Origin: a virus
DNA: 64,000 nucleotides
Reading direction: 5' to 3' (one strand)
Virus record (IMG/VR): IMGVR_UViG_3300007513_000009
Position 1 is the first letter of the stretch, and each line of letters starts with the position of its first letter. Of this stretch, positions 39,601 to 48,864 are shown in pieces. Made by a program: the position numbers and the translations under genes. A model generated the notes under the pieces. The model did not search any database, was not told the origin of the DNA, and worked only from the letters and a program-made list of their open reading frames with translations.

Positions 39601-42600
39601 TGTAATTCTTGTTGATGAGGGTTCCGGAAATGTTCAAGCAGTATTATCAAATCCAGTACATACATTCCAAGCAAATTATTTGGGTACTGTGAGTGATTTA
39701 ACTGCCGGTGGAACAGATATTAAGTGTTATGAAGGTGCAACAGAATTAAGATTTGAAAGTGGTTCGTTAGCTATGACTGGATCTGGGGAATTTTCATCAT
39801 CAATAGATTTTGTAACTACTGGAATCGGTGTTGGATCGTTTAGTGGTGACGGAACTGATACTGCGACATTAAGTGCTCCATCATCTATGACTATAGATAG
39901 TGGTGAGATAAGAATGACTGTTACTGGTTCTACTCAAAATGGAACATTATTTGAATTTCCAGTAACACAATCATTAATAAGATCTATTGGTGGTTCACCT
40001 ACCATTACTACTATTCTTTCAAATGAAGCACATACATTTGCTGGAACTTTGGATGGTAGTGTATCAAATTTTGATGGTAGCGGAACTACGATATCTGTTT
40101 ATGAGGGTTTGGGTTTATTAACCTATGATAGTGCTGGACTAACAGCTGGTACATTTTCGGCTTCGGTTTCTTCGGATAAAGTTGTGGCTGGTGCTGCAAG
40201 TGTGGTTGGTGATACAGCTGTTTATGCTAATGTAACTAATGTATCGGAAACAAGTGGTTCTAACACTTTTGAAATAACAGGTACTAGTGAGGGTGGTTCT
40301 GCATTTACACAAAGTAAAGTACAATCATTTAGTGTATCGAGTACTGGAGCAACAGGCGCTAGTGCAAAATCAGCTGAACTTAATACTACTTCTCATATTA
40401 TTTCTTATAATCCTACTGCTAATCCATCTTCTATAGAATTATCTGTTACGGCTTCGGAATTTACCACTCCCCATTATACTTTTTATACAGATGGTGTGGC
40501 AACTCAAACAAGAGGTACAGGTAGAACTCATACACCTACTATTCCTACAGATGGAAGTTCTAAACTCTATAGAGTAGATGTACATGAGGGAGATACGACA
40601 ACTGTAACTCTTTCTGATCAACTTACTGTTTATGGGGTATCAAATGGTGTTGATGGTGATGATGCTTATACTGTAGTTTTAACAAATGAACAACATATTA
40701 TACCACAAAGGTCATCACAAGAAACAGTAAATGCTAATGGATATGATTTTATAGGCACCGGTACAGAGATTATAGCGTATAAAGGTGCAGTGGAGTTGGA
40801 TAGTGATACATCGGCTGGTGTTGGTAAATTTACAGTAACACCCACAGGAGATAAAGTAACTCCAGGAGCAGTGGATACAGCGACTGGTAATACAGCAATA
40901 ATTGCTGATATGTCAGTAAATCCAACAGAAAAATCTGGTTCGATTTCATATGCAATTGATCTAGATAATTCAGCTGCAACTTTTACAAGAGTTCAATCAT
41001 TTTCTGTTAATCAAGTTCCTGATAGTGGTAGTGATGGAGATTCTATAACTGGCCCAGATGGGGCAGGAGTTGTTTTTAGAGGAACATATGATGGAGCTAA
41101 AATTTATTTTCAAAATTCTGATAGAAAGGATATTGTTCTATATAGTTCAAATTATTATATTGTTAATAATGTTGATAAAGATGGATTAGATACATGGGGT
41201 GTTCCCGGCGTAGCTGATTGGATAACTTTCGGTGCACAATTTAGTTCAGTAGCAACAGATATATTGTTAGCACAAAATGCCACAATCACTAAAGGTTTGG
41301 TGATGGGTGCTAGTGGAAATCCAGTAGATGAATCTGCATTTATAAGAAGTGTTGGGGCTACAGATGTAACTACAGGTGAGGGTTTCTATTTTTCATCTTC
41401 TGGTGAATTTGCTATTGGTGATTTAACCAATAATCAAAAGATTGCATATGATTCAGAAAATAATGTTGCGACTGTAGCAGGATTTACAATTATTTCCACA
41501 GCTTTACATACAGCAGACAAAACAACATTTACAGATAATGATTCTGGTGTTTATGTGGGAACGGATGGAATTGCATTAGGTACTAATTCCCCATTCAATG
41601 TTACTTCAGCTGGTTCTCTTACTGCTAATGATGGTGCTATTGGTGGGTTTACAATTAAAACTGGTGGATTACATTCAGATTCACATGAACTTTCAATTAC
41701 AGGTTCCTCTGGGGAAATAACTGGCTCAAAGGTATTATTTGATGGTGGTAAGATAGGTGGTTTTGAATTAGATGCGACTGTAATAAGTAGTTCTAATGGA
41801 GAACTGATTTTATCTTCAAGCGGAGCGATAACCGCTTCAGCTGCACAATTATCAGGTAGATTAGATGCAACAAGCATTATGGCAGATAGCGGTTCAATTG
41901 GTGGCTTTGTATTAGATTCAAATAGAATAAATGCTAGTGGTTCATCCGTTGATCATTTACTTTCAACTGACATTGATGGAAGTAGTACAAACTCTGATGT
42001 TGAAGTTATACTAATAGGCACATCACAGAGATATTGGGATGGTTCAATAGTTAGTTATGATTTTAGTGGAAATACAAATGATGCAGGCAATGTTGATGCA
42101 AGTTTGATATTTGTAGTAGATGGTGTTGATAAAGATCCAATACCATTAACTGGAACTTCTAATACTGGGACGACAACTCAACAAGACACGATAAATATTA
42201 CTTATAATGATGGGGAAACTGTAGGTGCAAAGATAAAAATACCAGGCCAACCAAGTGGTACTTTTTCAATAATAGATATGTCATTAGAGTTGACGTTAAA
42301 TGAAGTATCTGCACCACAAGATAATGGAATAGTAATTGATTCTTCTGTACCATCTATATCTTTAGGTTCAGGTTCGTTTGGAGAAACTGGAATTCAATTA
42401 GAAGTAAGTAAAAGCATTACAAGAGCACATATTGGGGAATTGACTGGTTCACATCTACGATATGATGAGGGTGGATTTAATATAAGTTCTTCTAAATTTT
42501 ATTTTGGCTCTTCTACGGGCACATATATAAGTGGTTCAGATGGAAATTTAAGAATACAATCAGATCACTTTACATTGGCTCAGAATGGTGATGTAACAAT

Positions 42601-45106
42601 AGAAGGTCAGGTATCTGCAAGTAGTGGTGATATTGGTGGAATAGATATATCATCCAATCAGATTTCTGCTGGAACATTCAGCCTAACCGATGGTGGAATA
42701 CTAACGGCTGAGGGTGCAGATTTGGCAGGAACGATAAGTGCTAGTGCTGGAAACATAGGTGGATTGAAATTAGAAACGGGTAAGTTATCAGCTAATAATG
42801 GTAATGTATTTTCCATTACAGGTTCGACTGGACAGTTTACTGCTTCACAAGCAAGAATAGCTGGGAGGTTAGATGCTACGAGTATTAATGCAGATAGTGG
42901 TTCAATTGGTGGATTCACAATAGTTGATGGTGGACTTAAATCAGATTCAAATGAATTACAAATTACTGGTTCCACAGGAAGAATTACTGCTTCTTTTGCA
43001 AAAATAACTGGTGATTTAACAGCAACAAAAATTAGTGCAGATAGTGGTTCAATTGGAAATTGGGTATTGGGAACCACTTCAATATCACAATCATTTGGTG
43101 GTGGATTAACTCAATCATTAGCACTAACCACTACTGATATGTATGGGATGCACTTTAAAGATAATGAACAAAGTCAATTAAAAGTTGGGGCGGGATTTGA
43201 ATTTTCTTCATTACCTGAGTCAACAAATCCTCTGTTAAATAAATCTTTTGAATTAATTGGTAGTACTTATCCTGCTCCTGAAATTGATTCAATTGCTAAT
43301 TGGACTATTTTAACACCAGAACTTGTACAAGGAGATAATGCTGAGCACTCAGATGCATATAACTACTTTAGCGGGGATCAGTTAAGAACAAACACCACTA
43401 TAGTTAGAAATAATGAAAACTACCAACTTTTAAGTGAAGATTATGTTGAGACTTATAAGGTTCCGAGATCTCAAGAGTTAGGATATTCTCCATATACTAC
43501 ACCTTATGGTGATAATTTTCTTGCTATGTCTGCTAGTTTTAATAGTCAACTAAAAAATGGTTATAGCGCAGAAGGATTTCACTTTACCTATGGGGTGAGT
43601 CAGGAAACAGGCGATGTTACCGATATATTAGAACCTGGTGGAACTATTAGATATAATATATCTTATATGATACCAACTTTTATGTATAATGATAGTGTAT
43701 ATAAAAATAATTGGGGGCTGGGTTCCTATTCTCATTATTCTCAACTATCTAATTACCAAAATTCTCCATTGACTAATCTAACATATGGAATCCGTATAAG
43801 AATTCATCTTGGTGAAAAAGTAGTAATAGATGATCTAATATATAAACAAAATCAGTCTACACAGACGCATGAGTTATTTGGAGAATGGATAGATGAAGCA
43901 GGAGAATATACAAATAATGATACTGAAAATGCTGTAGGAAAAGTTAAATTTGAAATTTGGCATGTATTGAGTGAAAAGAGTTATATGTTTGAGCAAACGG
44001 ACCCCCCTAATTCCACTAAGGATAATACTGGAGATTCTTGGACGTATGATAGTAATGGTGATGGTGAACATCCATTAACTAATGCTACCATTTATGGAGA
44101 CTTTTTTCTCCCAATAGTATTTTTTGATAATTTTAATTTATCTGTTGGTTCAAAACCAACTGTTGAAATTTCACCACAAGGTATAAATGCACAACTTGAT
44201 AGAGGTGAATATTTTAAATTTACAAGAACTGGTTTGGATTTAAAAACTACTCAACCAGTTAAATTTGAAGAAATAAATCCAAAAAATATATTATTTGATG
44301 TTTCAGCTTCAAATTCTGATGGTTTATTATTAAATCCAAAAATAGAATTTTCTTCAAATCATACTTCTTCAATAAGTAAACCAAATACATTAATTATTAA
44401 TGGACAGTCTGGATATACTACATCATCATTAGGTGATGCCAGTGTTGGTGATGGTGGGGATATCGTCATTCATGCAGCAGATGGAATCAGTACTGCTAAA
44501 AGTGGGATTGTTGCAGGGGATGGTGGAGATTTATATCTTAGAGCTGGTTTGGCTGGAGAGCATGGTGGTGATGGGACGAGTGGAACTGCTGGTAATATAT
44601 ATATGACAGGTAGTATATTTGCTACTGGCGATATAACGATAGGTGGTGGAAAATATAAGATACCAAATGCTACTGGAACTTCTGGGAATGTGTTGAAATG
44701 GCCATCTTCAGGAAATGTATTGGAATGGGGTGAAGGTGGTGGTGGTAGTGCCAATGTTGCTGGTTCTGATACTCAAATTCAATTTAACGATAATGGTGAT
44801 CTTGGTGCTGATTCTAACTTGTTCTGGAATTCCTCTGGAGGTCTGTATGTATATAAAAATGCTCGTACACATCATCATTATCCCTTGACAACAAATTTAT
44901 ATGATTTAGGGGCACAGGGAGCGAGGTGGAGAAATGTATACACTACTGACCTTCAACTTTCTAATATGGATAATGAAGAGGGTAATGACGTGGATGGAAC
45001 AAAGGGTGATTGGACACTTCAAGAAGGTGATGAAAATTTATATGTAATTAACAATATAACTGGAAAGAAATTTAAAATATCACTAACACCAGTAGATGAA
45101 GAATAA
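33665..45106 (+). CDS. Giant tail fibre / host-recognition protein (3813 aa)
   Basis: Many G(S/T)IGG(W/F)TI repeats; collagen-like GxQ stretches; CBM5/12-like RGTW..AY.VNDLV..YKCLVAHTS; repeated YTVVLSN..H modules; C-terminal DLG..RWRNVY..DL.LSN..N.VDGT.G.WT.QEG module. Confidence 0.85.
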   Translation: MPTYTQTLDLESYRYYIDTPIDDTTYFNLTGLPDILSYGKHPFVITYNTPTNSPPLKSGTSLLFEFVDSRGIVIFSEITNTLSGGANGYVWIQQNPLRTSADISDGIASFYIVGSLIEDSLPDEYGDAYNIRSTFQFEIRKDYQNLSPIIFKTPSNLQSGFGINQSIEYDTGDTHVSRSYVNVSASNLQTNGGQVRFAELSYKESNTQATEYTTLSTYELSGNNYEVSVDDAAGLNVLSHEYKIPVPTDFRRNTPVIFRLRFKNPNSEVAQYYTGSLLNTDIELTSSEQTFTGSAVFIEGNDNLISGSLYTGNSVGDGFEMAARDGGAYLKSKEYTGFVNGDVGVMMFSGSVLPDSGDSYGGVGLELIGSSTSYFKFRSSPSELDIRTDKFYIGQDATQYISGSNNNIEISSSIFHLDPRNDRLVIGADATINADLTVDNLRTPATIGGVASTVANASASIDSLGFAKFVSASIGSFGISENAFFSPDNDPLNLNFYISGAATGTEYFISSSNFQVQADGDVFASNLTMTGGSIGSGVTILQTLTADSIRTPSTIGGNPSTAENASSSIDQDGYARFQSASIAGFDISPIAIASSNNNLILSSSGFITASNFLFGNKAGGDYVEYLNNTLTVRGDIAAETIRTPAIIGGNPSTDLNASSSIDSEGMARFKSGSIGGFTIAGGGLHSDSHELQITGSTGTLTASAAQITGKITSTEGSIGGWDIGDSTLTGGNATLNSSGNLTLGDNTNDIVRLSADDGTYRLWTGHSTAGSAPFRVGKDGSLTATSATISGNITATTGTIGGWTVDNNAIYIGTEVANDAYTSAGDITLGAGFLGSNQFKIATDGTATFKGAIAGGSIDIGTNAWHVDGSGNMWWGNDGNYSTADSNNATRISSGGAIYFSTGTFSGAITGATGTFSGDIKVGADDEVFIVDSSGIYLGNETFANAEFSVTPAGVLKAESGTIGGWTIRNADLYAGTDTDYIALIPGTGIQMGDSTFADAKFSVTETGILKSILGTIGGWTIGSTLSATNILLDPGTPKITIGSKSTLIDANTGLYLGTDGIALGASSVFKVTAAGSLTAEAGTIGGWNLDDTKIYSDNLYMRSTGIIETSDFASGVKGWRLDSTGNGIAEFNDITIRGTLSTTTFEKETVNAVGGQLYIANSTTITGSDQVEATDTTMSIANVGGFAVDEILAAKKITSTGFSTEYMLVESSSREDPASGTDISGKLYVKRGYSGSLPGTNDTSSLGDSASLATTYEPGQVIVSTGKEGTGYIRLNANPNDPYTPYIDIVERTGSAIYDIQLKTRLGDLSGLSQDKLHGTDPATAGFGLYGENVFLEGGIVATTGSIGGVKMQSSKLFTGEGTHKNANTGFYLDNSGNFSLKDKFTFDAETGVVELVGTLRQSVSGPVITQYVDRGTWAVATAYAVNDLVQHASGGNTSTYKCLVAHTSADPAGNDGTTGTPNVATTGWAIYAAGSTGAQGVQGDQGVQGDQGVQGDQGVQGDQGSAGNDAKTVQLTSPNYIISFDADGNTPSPSSAFNLTATAQNFIDPYFKFTGDGITDETSYTDGTTGDDADTFSFDPSSLTYFSAPKTLRVGVAEQAAATTEIAFDTITIVAVQPGSDGSQGIQGVQGVAGEDSYTVVLSNASHTLPTDASDTSTFGGSGTDIIVYNGSTQLAGITSGTPTAGQFLVTKTSDNITEGSITGGTPAVLSEATAIAADIASVNFTINAENISTGLIVSQSLSRANQGIQGIQGIQGPEGNDAITIRLASTTQTFTFDGSTGTDVATPTIQSSSFTASRQNTTATTSTFSAVDDEGNDAGFFLTSEAYGTWATSSDSCSLGIASFGPNTSSITVTSTADTYTDSITVHRLSSGETGDTGGQGPQGPGGDSPKLVSLEASSLVFRKDTTGTFTPSSIGFTSSLQNTDDTTAAFTSDPSVTLTQGEDANHQTLTAVNFGSNTEATITATADTTFTDSTTVILVDEGSGNVQAVLSNPVHTFQANYLGTVSDLTAGGTDIKCYEGATELRFESGSLAMTGSGEFSSSIDFVTTGIGVGSFSGDGTDTATLSAPSSMTIDSGEIRMTVTGSTQNGTLFEFPVTQSLIRSIGGSPTITTILSNEAHTFAGTLDGSVSNFDGSGTTISVYEGLGLLTYDSAGLTAGTFSASVSSDKVVAGAASVVGDTAVYANVTNVSETSGSNTFEITGTSEGGSAFTQSKVQSFSVSSTGATGASAKSAELNTTSHIISYNPTANPSSIELSVTASEFTTPHYTFYTDGVATQTRGTGRTHTPTIPTDGSSKLYRVDVHEGDTTTVTLSDQLTVYGVSNGVDGDDAYTVVLTNEQHIIPQRSSQETVNANGYDFIGTGTEIIAYKGAVELDSDTSAGVGKFTVTPTGDKVTPGAVDTATGNTAIIADMSVNPTEKSGSISYAIDLDNSAATFTRVQSFSVNQVPDSGSDGDSITGPDGAGVVFRGTYDGAKIYFQNSDRKDIVLYSSNYYIVNNVDKDGLDTWGVPGVADWITFGAQFSSVATDILLAQNATITKGLVMGASGNPVDESAFIRSVGATDVTTGEGFYFSSSGEFAIGDLTNNQKIAYDSENNVATVAGFTIISTALHTADKTTFTDNDSGVYVGTDGIALGTNSPFNVTSAGSLTANDGAIGGFTIKTGGLHSDSHELSITGSSGEITGSKVLFDGGKIGGFELDATVISSSNGELILSSSGAITASAAQLSGRLDATSIMADSGSIGGFVLDSNRINASGSSVDHLLSTDIDGSSTNSDVEVILIGTSQRYWDGSIVSYDFSGNTNDAGNVDASLIFVVDGVDKDPIPLTGTSNTGTTTQQDTINITYNDGETVGAKIKIPGQPSGTFSIIDMSLELTLNEVSAPQDNGIVIDSSVPSISLGSGSFGETGIQLEVSKSITRAHIGELTGSHLRYDEGGFNISSSKFYFGSSTGTYISGSDGNLRIQSDHFTLAQNGDVTIEGQVSASSGDIGGIDISSNQISAGTFSLTDGGILTAEGADLAGTISASAGNIGGLKLETGKLSANNGNVFSITGSTGQFTASQARIAGRLDATSINADSGSIGGFTIVDGGLKSDSNELQITGSTGRITASFAKITGDLTATKISADSGSIGNWVLGTTSISQSFGGGLTQSLALTTTDMYGMHFKDNEQSQLKVGAGFEFSSLPESTNPLLNKSFELIGSTYPAPEIDSIANWTILTPELVQGDNAEHSDAYNYFSGDQLRTNTTIVRNNENYQLLSEDYVETYKVPRSQELGYSPYTTPYGDNFLAMSASFNSQLKNGYSAEGFHFTYGVSQETGDVTDILEPGGTIRYNISYMIPTFMYNDSVYKNNWGLGSYSHYSQLSNYQNSPLTNLTYGIRIRIHLGEKVVIDDLIYKQNQSTQTHELFGEWIDEAGEYTNNDTENAVGKVKFEIWHVLSEKSYMFEQTDPPNSTKDNTGDSWTYDSNGDGEHPLTNATIYGDFFLPIVFFDNFNLSVGSKPTVEISPQGINAQLDRGEYFKFTRTGLDLKTTQPVKFEEINPKNILFDVSASNSDGLLLNPKIEFSSNHTSSISKPNTLIINGQSGYTTSSLGDASVGDGGDIVIHAADGISTAKSGIVAGDGGDLYLRAGLAGEHGGDGTSGTAGNIYMTGSIFATGDITIGGGKYKIPNATGTSGNVLKWPSSGNVLEWGEGGGGSANVAGSDTQIQFNDNGDLGADSNLFWNSSGGLYVYKNARTHHHYPLTTNLYDLGAQGARWRNVYTTDLQLSNMDNEEGNDVDGTKGDWTLQEGDENLYVINNITGKKFKISLTPVDEE
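38105..38182 (+). repeat. Perfect 18-bp tandem repeat x4.3 encoding collagen-like QGVQGD
   Basis: (caaggtgttcagggagat)x4 + caaggt. Confidence 0.95.
38909..38941 (+). repeat. 9-bp tandem repeat encoding QGI
   Basis: caaggtatt caaggtatt caaggaatt caaggt. Confidence 0.85.
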
Positions 45107-45108
45107 TA

Positions 45109-45873
45109 ATGTCTTTTAATTCAAATGGATATTTAATTGGTCCAAATACACCAATAGTAGATGGTTTAATGTTGTATTTAGATCCGGCTAATGAGACATC
45201 ATATAATGGTAGTGGGACATGGAATGATTTAAGTGGATTGGGAAATGATTTTACTCCTGAAAATGGTATAAGCAATGCCGATTTACAAGAAGCTAATTAT
45301 TATAATAGTTGGAAATTGGATCCCACGAATGAAAAATTTAAAATAGATAGTAATATTTATTTTCTTCCTGGCACTAGTAATTTCACTATACAGATGTGGA
45401 TAAATAGAGATTCAAGTACACGTTTAGAATGTTTTTTTGCTAAGGGTGGAGGGCAACCCAATACCTTTTTGATGGCAACTACTGATGGTATGTCTGGTGG
45501 TGACTTCATCCGAGGTGAACAATTTGCTGGGGTGATTCAATATAGTAATACAAGATTTTCTCAATATGCTACAACTTCATTAACTGCTGGTGTTTGGAGA
45601 AATTTGACTTGGGCCTTTAGTAGAACAGCAAATAAAATGTATATTAATGGTGAGGAGGCTACTACTGATTATGGTAGTGGTGATTCTGATGATTGGGATA
45701 CTAATACTACTTTGAATAATAGTTATTCTGTTGAAATAGGTGGATTATATACAAGGGGATATGATTATTATTGGTCTTCTTCTGCTATTGGTCCTGTTTT
45801 CTTTTATAACAGACAATTAAGTGCTGAAGAAGTTAAACATAATTACCAACTTCATGCAAATAGGTTTGGATAG
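45109..45873 (+). CDS. LamG/concanavalin-A-like domain protein
   Basis: DGLMLYLDP..SY.GSGTW.DLSG.GN, FTIQMWI, MYING, FYNRQLS..EV..NY..RFG. Confidence 0.85.
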   Translation: MSFNSNGYLIGPNTPIVDGLMLYLDPANETSYNGSGTWNDLSGLGNDFTPENGISNADLQEANYYNSWKLDPTNEKFKIDSNIYFLPGTSNFTIQMWINRDSSTRLECFFAKGGGQPNTFLMATTDGMSGGDFIRGEQFAGVIQYSNTRFSQYATTSLTAGVWRNLTWAFSRTANKMYINGEEATTDYGSGDSDDWDTNTTLNNSYSVEIGGLYTRGYDYYWSSSAIGPVFFYNRQLSAEEVKHNYQLHANRFG

Positions 45874-45878
45874 ATATA

Positions 45879-46646
45879 ATGGGTATCAATATGGGCACTT
45901 CAGCTGACCCTGGAAAATATATTGGTTCGAAATATATCATAAGAGATAATTTAGTTCTATATGTGGATGCAATGAATAGAAATTCTTTTTCTACAGGAAC
46001 AACTTGGAGTGATTTGAGTGGTGGTGGAAATGATGTAATTCTTAGTGGGGCTACACATATACCTACAGGAACTTCTACTGTTGGTTCGTATTTTGATTTT
46101 GATGGAACTAATGATTATGGTTATGTAAAAAATTTAAATTATGGCCCTAGTAATACATTATCAAATATGACGGTATGTGCTTGGATTTCAACTAGTGAAA
46201 GTGGTGGAGATTATGATGACAATTGGTCGATATTAGATTTTGATAGGTCAGAAGTTTTTGCTTTTTACATAAAACAAAATGATGGAAAAATAGGTTTTAG
46301 TGCTGATGATGGGACTATGCGTGATATGACTGGAAATACTGCATGTAATGATGGGAATTGGCATTTTGTATGTGTAACTTATTCTAATAGTGCAAATTTA
46401 ACAACATTTTATTTGGATGGTGAAGCAGATGGGACAGATACATTACTTACAGGTAATCTTGGAACAGGCGGGTCTAACAGATATGGATGTGTTGGAGATG
46501 GTAGTGAGATGACAAGTGAAAATGGTGCTAGGAATGATAAATATTACAATGGTGGTATAGCTTCTATAATGTTTTATGAAACTACTTTGACTGAATCCCA
46601 AATAAAATATAATTTTAATGTTGATAGAGGTAGGTTCGAAATATAA
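45879..46646 (+). CDS. LamG/concanavalin-A-like domain protein
   Basis: LVLYVDA..W.DLSG.GN, FDGTNDY, TVCAWI, WHFVCVTY, FYLDG. Confidence 0.85.
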   Translation: MGINMGTSADPGKYIGSKYIIRDNLVLYVDAMNRNSFSTGTTWSDLSGGGNDVILSGATHIPTGTSTVGSYFDFDGTNDYGYVKNLNYGPSNTLSNMTVCAWISTSESGGDYDDNWSILDFDRSEVFAFYIKQNDGKIGFSADDGTMRDMTGNTACNDGNWHFVCVTYSNSANLTTFYLDGEADGTDTLLTGNLGTGGSNRYGCVGDGSEMTSENGARNDKYYNGGIASIMFYETTLTESQIKYNFNVDRGRFEI

Positions 46647-47404
46647 TGGGAATAAATATAGGGAAAACTAATGAAGATGGGCATTATATTGGGAATAGTG
46701 AGATTTTTCAAAGTGATGATTTAAAATTATATTTAAATCCATATGATTTTGCTTCAATGGGAAATGATGGTGGGAGTACAATATATGATTTAAGTGCTGG
46801 AGAATATGATTTTACATTGGCAAATGATGCTCAAAACAGAACAGATGGGCATTGGTCTTTTGATGGAACGAATGATTTTGCTTATCGTGCCGATGATACA
46901 TCTGAGAACTTTGATTTTGGTACAACAACAGATTTTTCAATCCAAATGTGGTATCGTAATCTTGGCAGCGGTGATTGGTGGCTGTGGTCCAAAATGTCTT
47001 ATCCTGGAGAACTGAAAAGTCATGGATTAGGGTTTGATGATAGTGAGAGTAAACTCGTTTATTTTTGCGGTTATAATAATTATTATGGAGCTGCATCTGC
47101 TGCGGCCGGTTGGGATTCCGGCTGGGTTAATGTAGCACTTGTAGTTGATAGATCCACAGATGTAAAATTTTATAAAAATGGAGAGTTGGTAACTACAGAT
47201 TCAGGAGCTACTACTTCAGCTAATCTTTCTAATGCTTATGCAGTTGCAGTTGGCGGATATGCTCCTACTGGCTCTCCCCCGGACGTTATCACTGGTGACT
47301 ATGAAGGATACATTGGGCCAATTTGGGTGTATAGAGATCATTTATTAACTGCTGATCAAGTCAAACAGAATTTTAATGTTCATAGAGGTATGTATGGTGT
47401 ATAA
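46646..47404 (+). CDS. LamG/concanavalin-A-like domain protein
   Basis: LKLYL..DLS, FDGTNDF, FSIQMW, WVNVALV, FYKNG, LTADQVKQNF. Confidence 0.85.
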   Translation: MGINIGKTNEDGHYIGNSEIFQSDDLKLYLNPYDFASMGNDGGSTIYDLSAGEYDFTLANDAQNRTDGHWSFDGTNDFAYRADDTSENFDFGTTTDFSIQMWYRNLGSGDWWLWSKMSYPGELKSHGLGFDDSESKLVYFCGYNNYYGAASAAAGWDSGWVNVALVVDRSTDVKFYKNGELVTTDSGATTSANLSNAYAVAVGGYAPTGSPPDVITGDYEGYIGPIWVYRDHLLTADQVKQNFNVHRGMYGV

Positions 47405-47433
47405 TACTATTTTATCCTTTTGTGTTGATTAAT

Positions 47434-47441
47434 ATATTTAT
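47434..47441 (+). promoter_or_regulatory. ATATTTAT motif, putative late promoter
   Basis: Intergenic, 20 nt before the ATG at 47462, with AAGGA between. Confidence 0.6.
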
Positions 47442-47461
47442 ACATAAGGAATACTATAATT

Positions 47462-47779
47462 ATGGCTAGAGGAACAACTTGGTCTAGAGCAGATATTGGA
47501 TGGGGAGTGGCTAGATTTACTTGGGAAGAGTTTAGTCTGGCATATGAACTTTCTCTTATTCGTGGAAATCGATCTCTTCGAAGTAGAGAATATGACAAAT
47601 TTTGGGATAAGTTTCCTGAGAAAAAAGAAAGATTTATTGAACTTTATTTGAAAGTTAATGGAGTAGATATGAGAGATAAAGCTAAATTAACATCGGATGT
47701 GGAAGTAAGTATATCCGATATAGATTTAGTAATACAAGAAGTATTACAAAAACCAAAGGTATCCATAAGTGTCACTTAA
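47462..47779 (+). CDS. Hypothetical protein (tail-fibre region)
   Basis: ORF with RBS and promoter motif; overlaps the next gene. Confidence 0.6.
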   Translation: MARGTTWSRADIGWGVARFTWEEFSLAYELSLIRGNRSLRSREYDKFWDKFPEKKERFIELYLKVNGVDMRDKAKLTSDVEVSISDIDLVIQEVLQKPKVSISVT

Positions 47780-48284
47780 ACTCTATACAGATAAAACAGA
47801 AATATTTGAATGTAATGTAGCATTGGAAGGTGCTGCAATAAGTGATTCTAAACTCAGAGCTATATTAAAGTTTGATGATAAAAATTTAATGGTTGAGGGG
47901 ACAATTAATTCCAATGGTAGAGGTCGGATTATATTACCAAAACTTAAAAATATATCAAAAGATGGTGATGCTGGTTTGATGGAATTAGAAGTGATTGCTG
48001 AAGATGCTTATTTTCAACCATATGAAGAAGCTTTTAGTGTGTTGGCAAGTAAAAAGGCTAAAGTGGAATCCGTAAAAACAAAATCATATAAACCAAAGAT
48101 TATGATAGAAAAGGTAAATAAATATGATGATTTTGTAAATTTATTGAAGGAAGTAGGTATAACGAAAAGACAAATGATTAAAAATAAAAAAACTTTTAGG
48201 AAAATTCTTTATAGTTATTATAGAGAGGCTAATTTAAATGAAAAATTTGACTCGTTCTATAGTAAGGTTATGAAGAAAATATAA
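47769..48284 (+). CDS. Hypothetical protein (tail-fibre region)
   Basis: GTG start; 171 aa; beta-rich N-terminus, basic C-terminus. Confidence 0.6.
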   Translation: MSLKLYTDKTEIFECNVALEGAAISDSKLRAILKFDDKNLMVEGTINSNGRGRIILPKLKNISKDGDAGLMELEVIAEDAYFQPYEEAFSVLASKKAKVESVKTKSYKPKIMIEKVNKYDDFVNLLKEVGITKRQMIKNKKTFRKILYSYYREANLNEKFDSFYSKVMKKI

Positions 48285-48291
48285 TTAAGTT

Positions 48292-48861
48292 ATGAGTAAT
48301 AATTTAACAAATGCAGTAATTTCTGATAGTTTTAAACATCTATTACAAGTTCGTAATGAAGATAAAACTCTGTATGATGCGGTGGGTAATGTATTAGATG
48401 ATTTTAGGTTATCTGGCAGTTTTACCACTAGTGAATTTTTAGAAATTGAAAATGGTTTATCTGTAACTGGTAATAAATTACATAGTAGGAATGGTACTCT
48501 TTATTGGGGTAATCACAATTTGCAAACTGCTGGTGGTGGTTTATCAAATATGGTTGAAGATCCCACACCACAACTTGGTGGTGATTTAGATTTAAATTCT
48601 AAAAATATAAAAGGAAATGGGTCTGGTAGTTTTACTGAAATTAATGTTGGCGAACATCAAAATACATTTGATTCGTTTTTTAGATTAGCACCAACTACTG
48701 TAGATAAAGATTTGGTATCGATAAAAAGTGGAAATCAAGAAGCTCTTAAAGTTAATCAAGAGGGAGTGGTTCAATTTGGCTCTTTTACTGAAGAACCAAC
48801 TGTTGTGGAGGGTGGAATGTATTACAATTCAACAGAAAAGGAATTTTACATAGGAAAATAA
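48292..48861 (+). CDS. Tail-fibre-related structural protein
   Basis: EDPTPQLGGDLDLN and P..VEGGMYYNST motifs typical of phage fibre proteins. Confidence 0.6.
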   Translation: MSNNLTNAVISDSFKHLLQVRNEDKTLYDAVGNVLDDFRLSGSFTTSEFLEIENGLSVTGNKLHSRNGTLYWGNHNLQTAGGGLSNMVEDPTPQLGGDLDLNSKNIKGNGSGSFTEINVGEHQNTFDSFFRLAPTTVDKDLVSIKSGNQEALKVNQEGVVQFGSFTEEPTVVEGGMYYNSTEKEFYIGK

Positions 48862-48864
48862 ATT

